A stretch of 64,000 nucleotides of DNA from Kiritimatiellia bacterium. GTDB taxonomy: Bacteria; Verrucomicrobiota; Kiritimatiellia; RFP12; UBA1067. Location: NCBI GenBank assembly GCA_050949565.1, contig JBMNFY010000017.1, forward strand, positions 1,312,001-1,376,000. Reading direction: 5' to 3'. Each line of letters begins with the position of its first letter. Within the stretch, counting starts at the first letter, position 1. Positions 28,318-38,300 of this stretch are shown one piece after another. A model generated the notes under the pieces. It was not told where the DNA came from, searched no databases, and saw only the letters and a program-made list of their open reading frames with translations. The translations under genes were made by a program, and so were the position numbers.

Positions 28318-29738
28318 AAATCAAAGCGTTGCTCGCTGACTGCCGCGCCTTTCTCACCAGGGGCGTATGGGAGACCGACTGCCGCACTCTGCCGTGGTTT
28401 CACAGGATCGGCGTGTATGCCGTGCGCCTCGTGTCGCTGGTGCTCTCCGGTTTCAAGAACGACCAGTGCTCGCTGCACGCTGCCTCGCTGACCTTCTTCT
28501 CTCTGATGGCGTTGATCCCGATTCTGGCGCTGACGCTGGCGATGGCGCGCGCGTTCGGTGGCGCGGACTTGGCGAAAGCGCAGTTCGACAAGCACCTGAA
28601 CGCTTGGATGACGCAGATGGAACAGTCGGTCGAGGCGAAGGTGCAGGCCGAGGGTGTTGCAGAGGAGGCGGTGTCGGATGGGGTGGCGCGTGCCTTTTCC
28701 GAGCAGGTGCGGGAGATTGCCGACCAGCTCTTTGCGCAGCTCGACCGGCTTGAGTTTGGCACGCTCGGCGGTATCGGCGCGGTGATGCTGCTCTGGACTG
28801 TGATCGGCATGCTGGGCAAGGTCGAGTCGAGTTTCAACCAAGTCTGGGGAATCGAGTACCAGCGGCCGTTTGTGCGGAAATGTTTCGACTATCTCGGTGT
28901 GTGTCTGATCCTGCCGTTTTTGGTGACGGCGGCATCGAGTGTGCCGGTGGCCTCATTGGTGACCGGCTTCATGGAAAAGACAGTGGGCGGTGTTGTCTCG
29001 GACGCGACGCGCTCGCTGTTGAACAGCGGGCTCTTCAAACATTCGGTGACATTGTTGATCGGCTCGTTGGCTTTCGCCTTCCTGCTGGGTTTCATGCCGA
29101 ACACGCGGGTCAAGCTGGTGCCTGCGCTGGTCGGCGGCTGCGTCACCCTGATCCTGTTCGGTGGATGGCTCAAACTCTGCGCGATGCTTCAAATCGGCAT
29201 CGCCAAATACAGCGCGCTTTACGGAAGCTTTGCGGTGCTTCCGATCTTGTTGCTTTGGGTGTATACGAGTTGGCAGATTGTGCTACTGGGAGCGGAGATC
29301 AGCTTTGCGATGCAGCATCAGGACACCTACGTGCGCGAACAACACGCGGCCGGCGCCAGCCTACGCGCGCGGCTGCTACTGGCGTTGACGCTCTGCGCCG
29401 AAACCGCGCGCCACGCCAAGGCTAACGCGGGCGGCCCGTTCGCGGCGGAGGCCTACGCTGAAAAACACAGGATCCCCGTCCGATTCGTCAACGACATTCT
29501 GGAAGACCTCGTGCGCAACCAGATTTTGGCGGAGGTCGCGGATCGGCCGGGCGAGTACCTGCTCTACCGTTGCGGCGACACGCTCACAGTCGCCGATATC
29601 GCGAAAGTGGTTTTGGATGACGGCGAACCGGCAGAGGCGCTGGGGCTCAACAATCTGAACGATTCCGCACTGGCCTTCAGTGCCGAGCTTAACGAGACCC
29701 TCGCCAAATACTTTGCGCGACCACTAGCCGAGATGTGA
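28314..29738 (+). CDS. YihY/BrkB family inner-membrane protein with C-terminal helix-turn-helix-like extension
   Basis: AASLTFFSLMALIP, ESSFNQVW, YGSFAVLPILLLWVY...LLGAE; ATGA overlap with the upstream gene. Confidence 0.9.
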   Translation: MKIKALLADCRAFLTRGVWETDCRTLPWFHRIGVYAVRLVSLVLSGFKNDQCSLHAASLTFFSLMALIPILALTLAMARAFGGADLAKAQFDKHLNAWMTQMEQSVEAKVQAEGVAEEAVSDGVARAFSEQVREIADQLFAQLDRLEFGTLGGIGAVMLLWTVIGMLGKVESSFNQVWGIEYQRPFVRKCFDYLGVCLILPFLVTAASSVPVASLVTGFMEKTVGGVVSDATRSLLNSGLFKHSVTLLIGSLAFAFLLGFMPNTRVKLVPALVGGCVTLILFGGWLKLCAMLQIGIAKYSALYGSFAVLPILLLWVYTSWQIVLLGAEISFAMQHQDTYVREQHAAGASLRARLLLALTLCAETARHAKANAGGPFAAEAYAEKHRIPVRFVNDILEDLVRNQILAEVADRPGEYLLYRCGDTLTVADIAKVVLDDGEPAEALGLNNLNDSALAFSAELNETLAKYFARPLAEM

Positions 29739-29760
29739 CGGAGAAAAGTAATAGGTAATT

Positions 29761-31158
29761 TTACTCTCGCGGGATGAAGGCGCGGTTCCCGATAACGCGG
29801 ATCGTTTTCCAATGGCCTTGTCGCCAGCGCCACCAGAAGCCTACGGCCAGCACGCACATATACGCGGCGAGCCAGCCCCAGAGTCCGAGAATGCCCACGC
29901 CCGCCCAGAGCAGCAACAATGCACCGGGAACCAGCATCAGCCACGAGCCGATGATCATGTAGATCATGACGAAGCGTGTGTCGCCCGCTCCCTTCAGTGC
30001 GCCGCTCAGGACGATGCTTACGGTATCCAATAGCCCCGAGACGGTCACCAGTAGCAGCATGTTACGTCCTAGCCCCAACATCTCCTCTGCTGTGAACCCG
30101 GCGTTCTTCGGACGGAACAGATCGAAATATGCGTGCGGAAACAGCACGAAGGTTGCGCCGATCACACACATATAGGTCAACCCCATCTTGAGGCCGGTGT
30201 ACCCGGCACGCTGGGAGGCCGCAGGGCGTTGCGCGCCCTGATGTTGGCCCACCACGATCGAGGCTGCCATCCCGAAACCCAAAAGCGGTGCGAAGGCCAG
30301 ATTATTGATGCTGAACGCGATGTTGCTGGTGGCGAACGCCAGTTCGCCCATGCGTCCGGTCAGCATGATGAAAACCATGAACGAGCCGACATCCATCAGC
30401 AACTGCAGGCCGGACGGGGTGCCGAAACGGATGATTCGTGCCAGCAATGCGGTGTCCGGCTTCAGCGCCCGCACCAGACCCAGCGCTTGAAAGACCGGAT
30501 CGCGCCAGAAGAGGGCGAGCTGGATCAGACAGGTTACACCGCTCGATATGATCGTTGCATACGCCGCACCCGCAACACCCATCTCGGGAAACCCCCAGTG
30601 ACCAAAGATCATTGCGTAATTGAGCGCGACGTTCAGCGAGCACCCGAAAGCATTGGAGATCAAGTTGACCGTCGTGCGACCGATGCCCATGAAATAACCG
30701 CCAGCGGCGGAGTTGAGCGGTACGGTGATGCCGCCCACCATCAGGATCAGGAAGTAGGTGCGCTCCGCCGCAGCCACATCGGGCGCGTGGCCGCTCATTG
30801 CGATGATCCAGAGCCCGACCGGGATCAGCAGCAGGATCAGCGGCCATGAGGCGAGCGCCAGCCAAATCCCCTGCGCGGCGGAGCGCACACATTGCTCGGG
30901 TTCTTTGGCACCGTGGTAATGCGCAGTGAACGTGCTTGCATAGCCGGTCACCGCTTGAAAAAAACAGATCAACGTGTGCGCCAGGCTGCCGGCCGGCAGT
31001 GCGGCCTGAATGGCCACGCTGCTGTATCGCGAGAGGAACACACGATCGCAGAACTGCATGATCGTGTACGACGCCATGCTGAGGAGCAGCGGCGCGGCGA
31101 TCCGCCACATTTCACGGTAGCCGCCCGGGAGCGGCGTGTCATCCGGCGGACGGCTCAC
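29761..31158 (-). CDS. MATE family efflux transporter
   Basis: About 12 transmembrane helices; DRVFL, LNYAMIFG, MGVAGAAYAT, GALKGAGDT. Confidence 0.93.
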   Translation of the reverse strand: MSRPPDDTPLPGGYREMWRIAAPLLLSMASYTIMQFCDRVFLSRYSSVAIQAALPAGSLAHTLICFFQAVTGYASTFTAHYHGAKEPEQCVRSAAQGIWLALASWPLILLLIPVGLWIIAMSGHAPDVAAAERTYFLILMVGGITVPLNSAAGGYFMGIGRTTVNLISNAFGCSLNVALNYAMIFGHWGFPEMGVAGAAYATIISSGVTCLIQLALFWRDPVFQALGLVRALKPDTALLARIIRFGTPSGLQLLMDVGSFMVFIMLTGRMGELAFATSNIAFSINNLAFAPLLGFGMAASIVVGQHQGAQRPAASQRAGYTGLKMGLTYMCVIGATFVLFPHAYFDLFRPKNAGFTAEEMLGLGRNMLLLVTVSGLLDTVSIVLSGALKGAGDTRFVMIYMIIGSWLMLVPGALLLLWAGVGILGLWGWLAAYMCVLAVGFWWRWRQGHWKTIRVIGNRAFIPRE

Positions 31159-32117
31159 AGACGGGCTTCCAGATAGCGCACGTAGTCGGCCACCGCCTGC
31201 TCCAGCGGCAGGAAGACGTGCTCGCAGCCGGCCGCGCGCAGCTTGCGCGTGTCGGCCTCGGTGAAGTACTGGTACTTGTCGCGCAGATGCGGCGGCATGT
31301 CCACGAATTCAATCTTTGGCTCACGCCCCATCGCGACGTAGATCGCGCGTAGCAGATCGATCCAAGAACGGGCCTTGCCGGTACCGCAGTTAAAGAGCCC
31401 CGAAACCTCCGGGCGGTCATGAAAGAAGAGCGTCACGGCGACGGCGTCTTTGACGTACACGAAATCACGCACCTGTCCGCCGTCTTCATACTCCGGCCGA
31501 TGAGAGCGGAACAACGCGAACGCACCGGTCTCGCAGATTTGGTGATAGGCCTTGTGGACCACAGAACGCATCTCGCCTTTGTGCGCTTCACCCGGACCGA
31601 ACACATTGAAGTATTTGAGACCGGCAATGCGATCCAGCCAGCCTTCGCGCAGGGCGATCAGGTCGAATTTCTGCTTCGACCAGCCGTACAGATTCAGCGG
31701 CTGGAGGTGCGGCGTGACCGCATCGTCGTCCGAATAGCCCTGTTCGCCATCGCCATAGGTCGCAGCACTCGAGGCGTAGATGAAGCGTGTGCCGTTGCCT
31801 AGACACCATGTACACAGTTCATGCGTGGTGCCGGTGTTGTTGTCATCCAGATAGGCTTGGTCGGTTTCGGTGGTCGAGCTGCACGCACCGAGATGAAAGA
31901 GCGTCCGGGCCGGTGCGATTTGTCCGGCGCGCAATGCTTCGCGGAATGCGTCGCGGTCGAGGTAGCGACGGTAGGCGAGCGCCGCCAGATTCCGCTCCTT
32001 CTCCGGATGGTTCAGGTGATCCACCACCAGAATGTCATCGATTCCCCGCGCATTCAGCGCCGCGATCAGATTGCTTCCGATCAGTCCCGCCCCGCCCGTT
32101 ACAATAAACTGCTCCAT
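31155..32117 (-). CDS. hldD: ADP-L-glycero-D-manno-heptose 6-epimerase
   Basis: VTGGAGLIGSN, HLGACSSTTE, YASSAATYG, PLNLYGWSK, YFNVFGPGEAHKG, YQYFTEAD. Confidence 0.95.
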   Translation of the reverse strand: MEQFIVTGGAGLIGSNLIAALNARGIDDILVVDHLNHPEKERNLAALAYRRYLDRDAFREALRAGQIAPARTLFHLGACSSTTETDQAYLDDNNTGTTHELCTWCLGNGTRFIYASSAATYGDGEQGYSDDDAVTPHLQPLNLYGWSKQKFDLIALREGWLDRIAGLKYFNVFGPGEAHKGEMRSVVHKAYHQICETGAFALFRSHRPEYEDGGQVRDFVYVKDAVAVTLFFHDRPEVSGLFNCGTGKARSWIDLLRAIYVAMGREPKIEFVDMPPHLRDKYQYFTEADTRKLRAAGCEHVFLPLEQAVADYVRYLEARL

Positions 32118-32231
32118 GTCGGTTTCTTTTTTCATGACAGGAGAAGAGTGTACCAATCCGTGCGGGGTTAGGCAAAGTTGATCATGACAGTCTTACAGCC
32201 TTACAGCCTTTTGCCGCAGGCTCTGCCCGTG

Positions 32232-33086
32232 TCAGGAGTAAAACTCCTGCACGCGCATCAACACGTCGAAATCGCTGAGAGCGAGACAGTCATCAAAGCA
32301 TTGGAGCGCGGGGTGGCCTTCGGGCAACGCGCCGTAGGCCAGCTTGGCGGAACCGATGATCATGTCGAGCCCGAGCGGCATGGCACGCGTGAGAAAGGCG
32401 TTGGCAAGCGGCAACTTGACCGGCGACCCGTCGGCGCGCCGTGACGGCAGCATGACGGTGAAGTTGCTGAGCCCGACCGACATGTGGACACCCGCGAATG
32501 CGGGGTCATCGTGGATCAGCCGTAACGCCCCCATCAACCGGTGGATGTTGTTTTCCGTGTCGGCGCCAATGGGCGCAATGCCGGGATCGATGATGCAGTC
32601 GTCGTTTGACAAGCCGTGGCTACGGGCCGTCTCCAGCAACAGACGTGCCGCGTCGTAGGTCTCTTCGGCGGTCCGGCAGGGAGCCTCGTCCCCGTCGATC
32701 AGATTTTCCGACGCCAGCAGGATCGGGCGGAAGCGGTGGGACTGCAACAGATCAAACATCTCCAGACGCAAGGGCGAAATGGAGTTTAAGATCGGGGTGC
32801 CGCAGGCTGGATCGCAGGCGGCGAGTCCAGCCGCGGCCAAGGCATAGTCCGGCGAATCAATCGAGAGCGGTTTGGGCGTCACGGCCTGCACAGCGCGCAC
32901 GACGGCGGCCATGAAGTCCGCGGGACGCGGCCCGACGTTGACATCGATATAATCGGCACCGAGTTCAGACTGCGACCGTGCCAGGCCAGTGATGGCCGCA
33001 AGGTCGTTCGCCTCGAACAAGGCGTGTGTCGAGGGCACTGAATCGTTGATGCTTTCGCCGATCAGTGTGAGTGGCACACGTGACAT
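32232..33086 (-). CDS. Pterin-binding methyltransferase (AcsE / MetH folate-domain-like)
   Basis: IGESIN, YIDVNVG, LSIDS, ILNS, IIDPG, VGLSN. Confidence 0.8.
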   Translation of the reverse strand: MSRVPLTLIGESINDSVPSTHALFEANDLAAITGLARSQSELGADYIDVNVGPRPADFMAAVVRAVQAVTPKPLSIDSPDYALAAAGLAACDPACGTPILNSISPLRLEMFDLLQSHRFRPILLASENLIDGDEAPCRTAEETYDAARLLLETARSHGLSNDDCIIDPGIAPIGADTENNIHRLMGALRLIHDDPAFAGVHMSVGLSNFTVMLPSRRADGSPVKLPLANAFLTRAMPLGLDMIIGSAKLAYGALPEGHPALQCFDDCLALSDFDVLMRVQEFYS

Positions 33087-33106
33087 GACTTGCCCTCTTC
33101 CTGTTT

Positions 33107-33207
33107 GAAGCTCTTGCAAAATCCTTCGCTTGCAGGTGTGGCACGGGCATCTTGCCCGTGCTCCATGGGCGGGACGCCCATGCCACGAGAGACTTTGCAA
33201 GGCCCCT
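33107..33207. repeat. REP doublet inside TTGCAA-containing inverted ends (copy A)
   Basis: GTGGCACGGGCATCTTGCCCGTG (33138-33160) and CATGGGCGGGACGCCCATGCCAC (33164-33186); close match at 48705-48805. Confidence 0.85.
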
Positions 33208-33211
33208 GTTT

Positions 33212-33790
33212 TTACCAGTTGGTCGGAAGCAGCTCGAAGTGCGCCTTCGGATGTGCGCACGCCGGGCAGACATCCATCGCTTCCTTGCCGACGTGGGTGA
33301 AACCGCAGTTGCGGCAGCGCCACACGGTCGTCGCGTCATCGCGCAGGAAAACGGTGCCCTTCTCGATGTTGGCCGCCAGTTTGCGATAGCGCTCCCCGTG
33401 GAACTTCTCGGCCACGGCGATCGCCTCCATCGTCTTCGCGATTTCCTCGAAGCCTTCTTCGCGTGCCACTTTGGCAAACTCGGGGTACATCTGCTGCCAC
33501 TCGTACTCCTCGCCCTCAGCCGCCGCGACCAGATTGTCCAGCGTCTTGCCGATCACGCCGGCCGGCAGGCCGACCTGAATCTGCACCTCGCCGCCCTGCA
33601 AGAACTTGAAGAGGCGCTTGGCGTGCTCCTTCTCGTGGTTGGCGGTCTCTTCAAAAATCGCCTCGATCTGAACAAATCCATCCTTCTTGGCCTGAGCCGC
33701 CCAGTAGGTGTAACGGTTGCGCGCCGCCGACTCTCCCGTGAATGCCGACAGCACGTTTTTCTCAGTCTTCGTACCTTTAATTGAAACCAT
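33212..33790 (-). CDS. rbr: Rubrerythrin
   Basis: GESAARNRY, EKEHAKR, GEEYE, EKFH, WRCRNCG...CPACAHPKAHF. Confidence 0.97.
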   Translation of the reverse strand: MVSIKGTKTEKNVLSAFTGESAARNRYTYWAAQAKKDGFVQIEAIFEETANHEKEHAKRLFKFLQGGEVQIQVGLPAGVIGKTLDNLVAAAEGEEYEWQQMYPEFAKVAREEGFEEIAKTMEAIAVAEKFHGERYRKLAANIEKGTVFLRDDATTVWRCRNCGFTHVGKEAMDVCPACAHPKAHFELLPTNW

Positions 33791-33954
33791 GGTGTAATTC
33801 CTCCTTTTTGAGAACCCTCACGGTAGCAAAAACGGGTCATGCCGACAAGGCAAAGCGCAACGGAACTGTCGTCAAATTTTTTGATGCGTCTGCCTGGCGT
33901 ACAGCGCGGCTTGTCTTTGCATCGGACCGCACCTGTGCTTTAATACACCTCGTC

Positions 33955-34872
33955 ATGAATGCAGAGCACGCTTCGCATAGCGGCGGGAAACCGCCTTGGA
34001 TCAGAGTCTCGATCGGGCAGAACGACACCTTTAACGCCACCAAAAACCGGTTGCGCGCCTACGGGCTCCACACCGTCTGCGAAGAGGCTTTCTGCCCGAA
34101 CCTCGGCCGCTGCTGGAAGCACGGACGCGCGACGATTATGCTGCTCGGCGACCGTTGCACGCGAGGATGCCGCTTCTGCAATGTGGACAAACAGCGCGTG
34201 CTGCCGCCCGATCCCGATGAGCCCGCGCGCGTCGCCGCCGCCGTCAAAGAGACCGGACTCAAAGAGGTGGTCCTCACATCGGTCACGCGCGATGACCTGC
34301 CGGACGGCGGCGCGGCGCACTGGGCGCAAACCATCGAGGCGGTCCGCGCCGCCGTGCCCGGCATCCTGATTGAAGTGCTGGTGCCGGATTTCAACGGCGA
34401 TCCCGACGATATCGCGACGGTCGTACGCGCCCGGCCTGATATCTTCGGCCATAATCTGGAGACTGTGCCTCGCCTCTATCCGCAGGCGCGGCCGCAAGCC
34501 GATTACGCGCAGTCGCTCGCTGTTTTGCGGCAAGCGGCCGATGCCGACATGATCACTAAAACCAGCCTGATGCTGGGGCTCGGCGAAACTTCTGCCGAAA
34601 TCGAACAGACGCTGCGCGACGCCCGCGACGCCGGATGCGACATCTTTTACGCCGGACAGTACCTCCAGCCCAGTCCGCGCCACCTGCCGGTCGAACGCTA
34701 TGTGGAGCCCGCTGAATTCGACCGGTTGCGCGAGACGGCCCTTGCGCTTGGATTCGGCTACGTGGCCAGCGCGCCGCTTGTCAGAAGCTCCTACCACGAA
34801 GATGGTCAAACCGAGTTCGTCCGCAGCCGGGCGGGCGGACGAGCGGATTTGGGATTTGGGATTTGGGATTGA
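33955..34872 (+). CDS. lipA: Lipoyl synthase
   Basis: KPPW, TVCEEAFCPNLGRCW, CTRGCRFC, HNLETV, GQYLQP, PLVRSSY. Confidence 0.96.
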   Translation: MNAEHASHSGGKPPWIRVSIGQNDTFNATKNRLRAYGLHTVCEEAFCPNLGRCWKHGRATIMLLGDRCTRGCRFCNVDKQRVLPPDPDEPARVAAAVKETGLKEVVLTSVTRDDLPDGGAAHWAQTIEAVRAAVPGILIEVLVPDFNGDPDDIATVVRARPDIFGHNLETVPRLYPQARPQADYAQSLAVLRQAADADMITKTSLMLGLGETSAEIEQTLRDARDAGCDIFYAGQYLQPSPRHLPVERYVEPAEFDRLRETALALGFGYVASAPLVRSSYHEDGQTEFVRSRAGGRADLGFGIWD

Positions 34873-35053
34873 TCGCGGGCACTGCGGGTGCTGCGGGTCT
34901 TACGGCATGGGCGGGGGCCCATGCTCACGGGCAGGATGCCCGTGCCACACCGCCCGCAGTACCGGCAGGATCGGCAGCCCCAAAAATCTTCGCGGCTATC
35001 CCCGCAACCGTGCCCGCATAATTCGCGGTTAAAAAAGCAGAGCTATGCTTTAG

Positions 35054-35336
35054 CCTAAAAAGAGCAGTTGAGCATGCAGATTTTGAGCAAAGCCCCGTAA
35101 ACATTGGTTTCCGTTGAGATCCGCGCCGCACCTATTTGGTGCAGAACGCAATTTCTGATTGGAACCACGGAACACACTAAACACACGGAAAAAGAGCCAT
35201 GCCTTTCCGTGTGTTCGGCGTGTTCCGTGGTTAAACAATCGATCCCGATAGCGATCCCGATCCCGATTTGGATGAAACCATGAAACCTTGAAACCAGAAA
35301 CCAAAGAGAGTTGAAGGTTCAACTGCTCTTTTTAGG
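35054..35336. mobile_element. MITE (283 bp) with perfect 18-bp terminal inverted repeats and 5-bp target duplication
   Basis: CCTAAAAAGAGCAGTTGA (35054-35071) and TCAACTGCTCTTTTTAGG (35319-35336); TTTAG on both flanks (35049-35053, 35337-35341). Confidence 0.85.
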
Positions 35337-35337
35337 T

Positions 35338-38300
35338 TTAGTCGCGCAGGCGGATCTGGAAAAAGCCGCGCGGACCGGCAGGCAAGGAGGGATGGCGTAG
35401 ATCGACATCCAGTCGTCCGCCATTCAGTGACCACGCCTCCGGTGCGCACGGTTGCCAAATGACGAGGTCGTCGGAGAACCAAAGTTCGACCGTGCCTTCC
35501 AGTCCCGACGCGTCGAGTTGCAACGTCCCCTCTTCATCCATGCGCACAGCGGTAAAGATCGCGGCGTCCGGCAGGCCCGGCGTGCCGGACGCGACACGGC
35601 TGGGGCGCCAGTTGTCCGCGCTGCTCCAGAGCGGCTCCGGCGCGGCGGCATCGACCACCACCAGCGAGCGGCCGGTGTTGTAGGTTTCCGGATACCAGAC
35701 GTTTGAATAGGTGAAGGTCAGGATGTTGCTGCCGTGCGGATCGACCAACGCCAGCGTCTCGCCTTTACGCGCTAGATTGCCGCTCTGCCACGCTTCAACT
35801 GCCATGCCGTCACCGTGACGTTCGGCAAAGGCCACAGGGTTTTTGGCGAGTACCAGACGCGCACCGGGCCCCAACGCGACCACCCCGAAGGTATGGCTGA
35901 TACCGGACACGAACTGCACACCTTCGAGCGCCAGCGGGACGGCTCCGGCATTGCGCAATTCAAGCCAAGCGAAGTCGTCGTTCTTGTAGGGGCTGCCCGC
36001 CTCAGGCGCATAAGGCGCGTACATCAATTCGGAGACGTGCAGCGGCGCGTAGTAGTCGGCCGGACGCGCCACACTGAGAGCGACTTCGGCCAGAGCACTC
36101 CACTCGTTACCGTTGTAGGCGCGCGCCAGCACCGTGACCGCACGGTCCACCGTTACAGTCGCACAATGGCTGTCGGCCAGTGCCGCCGGCGACACGGTGG
36201 AGAGTGCGAGATCGAAGTAGAGGTCACTGCTCGTGGCATTGCACTGGTGCAACTCAACAGCCAGCACATTCTCGCCGGTGCGCAGCAGATGCGCAACATC
36301 CAGAGTTTTTTCGAAATAGGTGTTCTGAGCGGGCGAACCGACCACAGCGGAGGCCCAGGTAGCGTACGACACCGCACCGGCAGGCATGTTGTCGCGCAGG
36401 ATTTCCGTGCCGTTGAGCGAAATAATCGCGCCGTCATCGCGCAACAGTTCCAGCTTGAGTGCGGCAATGTTTTCGGTCGATGCCAGTGAGAAGGTGTGGC
36501 GGAAGTAGGTGGTCGTAACCTGCGTGCCTGAAACGCCGTTCACATAGCGCCGCGTGACGGTAGCAACGGAGTTGGCGGTGGCGCTGCCGGCGAAACCGAG
36601 CAGCGCGGGGCCCTGCGCCCATGCGGCGGCGTTGTACGTTCGATCGCGCCAAGTCAACGCACCTTGCGTAGCGGGCTCCACTCCCAGATCGTAATAGCGC
36701 CAGACCGCACCGCGTGCGACCAGGCTTTGCGGCGGAGTGGGCGTTTGCGCGACATCCACCACAATGGCCGCCGGATGGATGCTGCCGTCCGGCAGGCGCG
36801 GATCGGTACCATCGGTCGTGTAATAGAAAGTATTGGTCGTGCTGACCAGTAGCTGGTAGCCGGGCGGCACGGCGGCGCTGTTGGTGGAGAAGCGCGGTGC
36901 GGCAAGTGCGGGTAGCCAGCCGCGGGCGCGGAACTGCGCGGCCACGATGTCGCGCCGCTGCGTCAGATAGGTGTTGAGCACGCTGTTGCAAGCGGGCAGC
37001 CAAGTCGCGTCGCGTGTGCGACCGCGCCCCCAACGGGCCGATTCGCCGATGATCGCCAAGTCGATCTCGTCCATGCGGCTTTGGAAAAGTGCCTGCGCAC
37101 GTTCCGGCGTGAAAATGCCGTCCCCGTAGAGATGACGCTGAACGAGGTCGGCGAAGCGCAGACGGTAGGCGGGATGCGCGCAGAGCTGGTGGTGCAGCGT
37201 GGCTGGATTGAAGAGATCCTGAGACAACAAGTTGGCACCAAGATGGGTCGTATCGGCAGTGACTCCGCCGTTAGCACCGAGCGAGTGTTCGGCGTCGTGA
37301 CGTAGCCACTTGAAGCCGTCAGGTTGTACGCGGTTGTAGAGCGCGTACATGTTGTTGGGCTTGGTGCCGCTACAGCCGATGGGCGCATCGGGGTCGCCGG
37401 TGTAGTAGGAGCACAGCATGTAGCAGATCAGGTTGTCTTCGTCGAGGTAGACCGGATAAGCGGGATTACGCGAACCGTCTGGGTTGAGACCTTTGACGCG
37501 CATGTAGTTGTTGGCGTATGCGCCGGAGAACCCTTGGTTAACGGCGATTTCGTGGAAGGCGTTGAAGGCGTCGAAGGTGCCGTCAGATGCGGTTGTTGTG
37601 TAACCGGGACTTGAGGTTTTGATACAGTCCCAGTCGTCGCTGTCACCGCCCATATAGGTCGCCGCGAAATCAGCTTCGCCGCGTTCTTGGGTTTGGTAGA
37701 GACCCCAATACTGACCGTTGATGTAAAGGTGGTAGTAGCGGCTGCGCGTGTAGGGCATGCCCATCTCGCGTTGGGCATCGCGTGAGAAGGTCTCGCGCAC
37801 GAAGGTGTCGCGGTCGCTGTTCTGAAACGCCCACGAATAGTTCTGCGAGGTGCGCAGATCGACCTTGTCGAAGACCGATGCCCCTTCGCTGTCAAAGAGC
37901 GGGAAGCGCAATTTACTTTCGCCGTAAACCGAGCGGAAGAAGAGGCGCAGCGAATGCTTGGGATTGTCAACGCTACGGCTGAACGCACCGCGGATGCGCA
38001 GCCCGGCATCAATGTGGAACTCGGCGGCGGCACCGCGCACCGGATCGATCAGCTCGACCGATACCGGTCGCTCCCATCCGATGCCGTCATTGCCGGGATA
38101 GGCATAGATGCCGGTCTGCGGTCCAAACAAGTGTGCAAGATCAGTGACCAAGGAGATCGACGGGATTGCGTTGGTCATGCCGGCGCGCAACCGCACGGGA
38201 TCGCCGTCAACGATCTCCTGGCGCATGCCGTACTCCATCTTGTGGTTATTCACCGCGCGGTCTGCGGGCCAGCCCGGCGGGGGCGTCGTACCCTGTCGCA

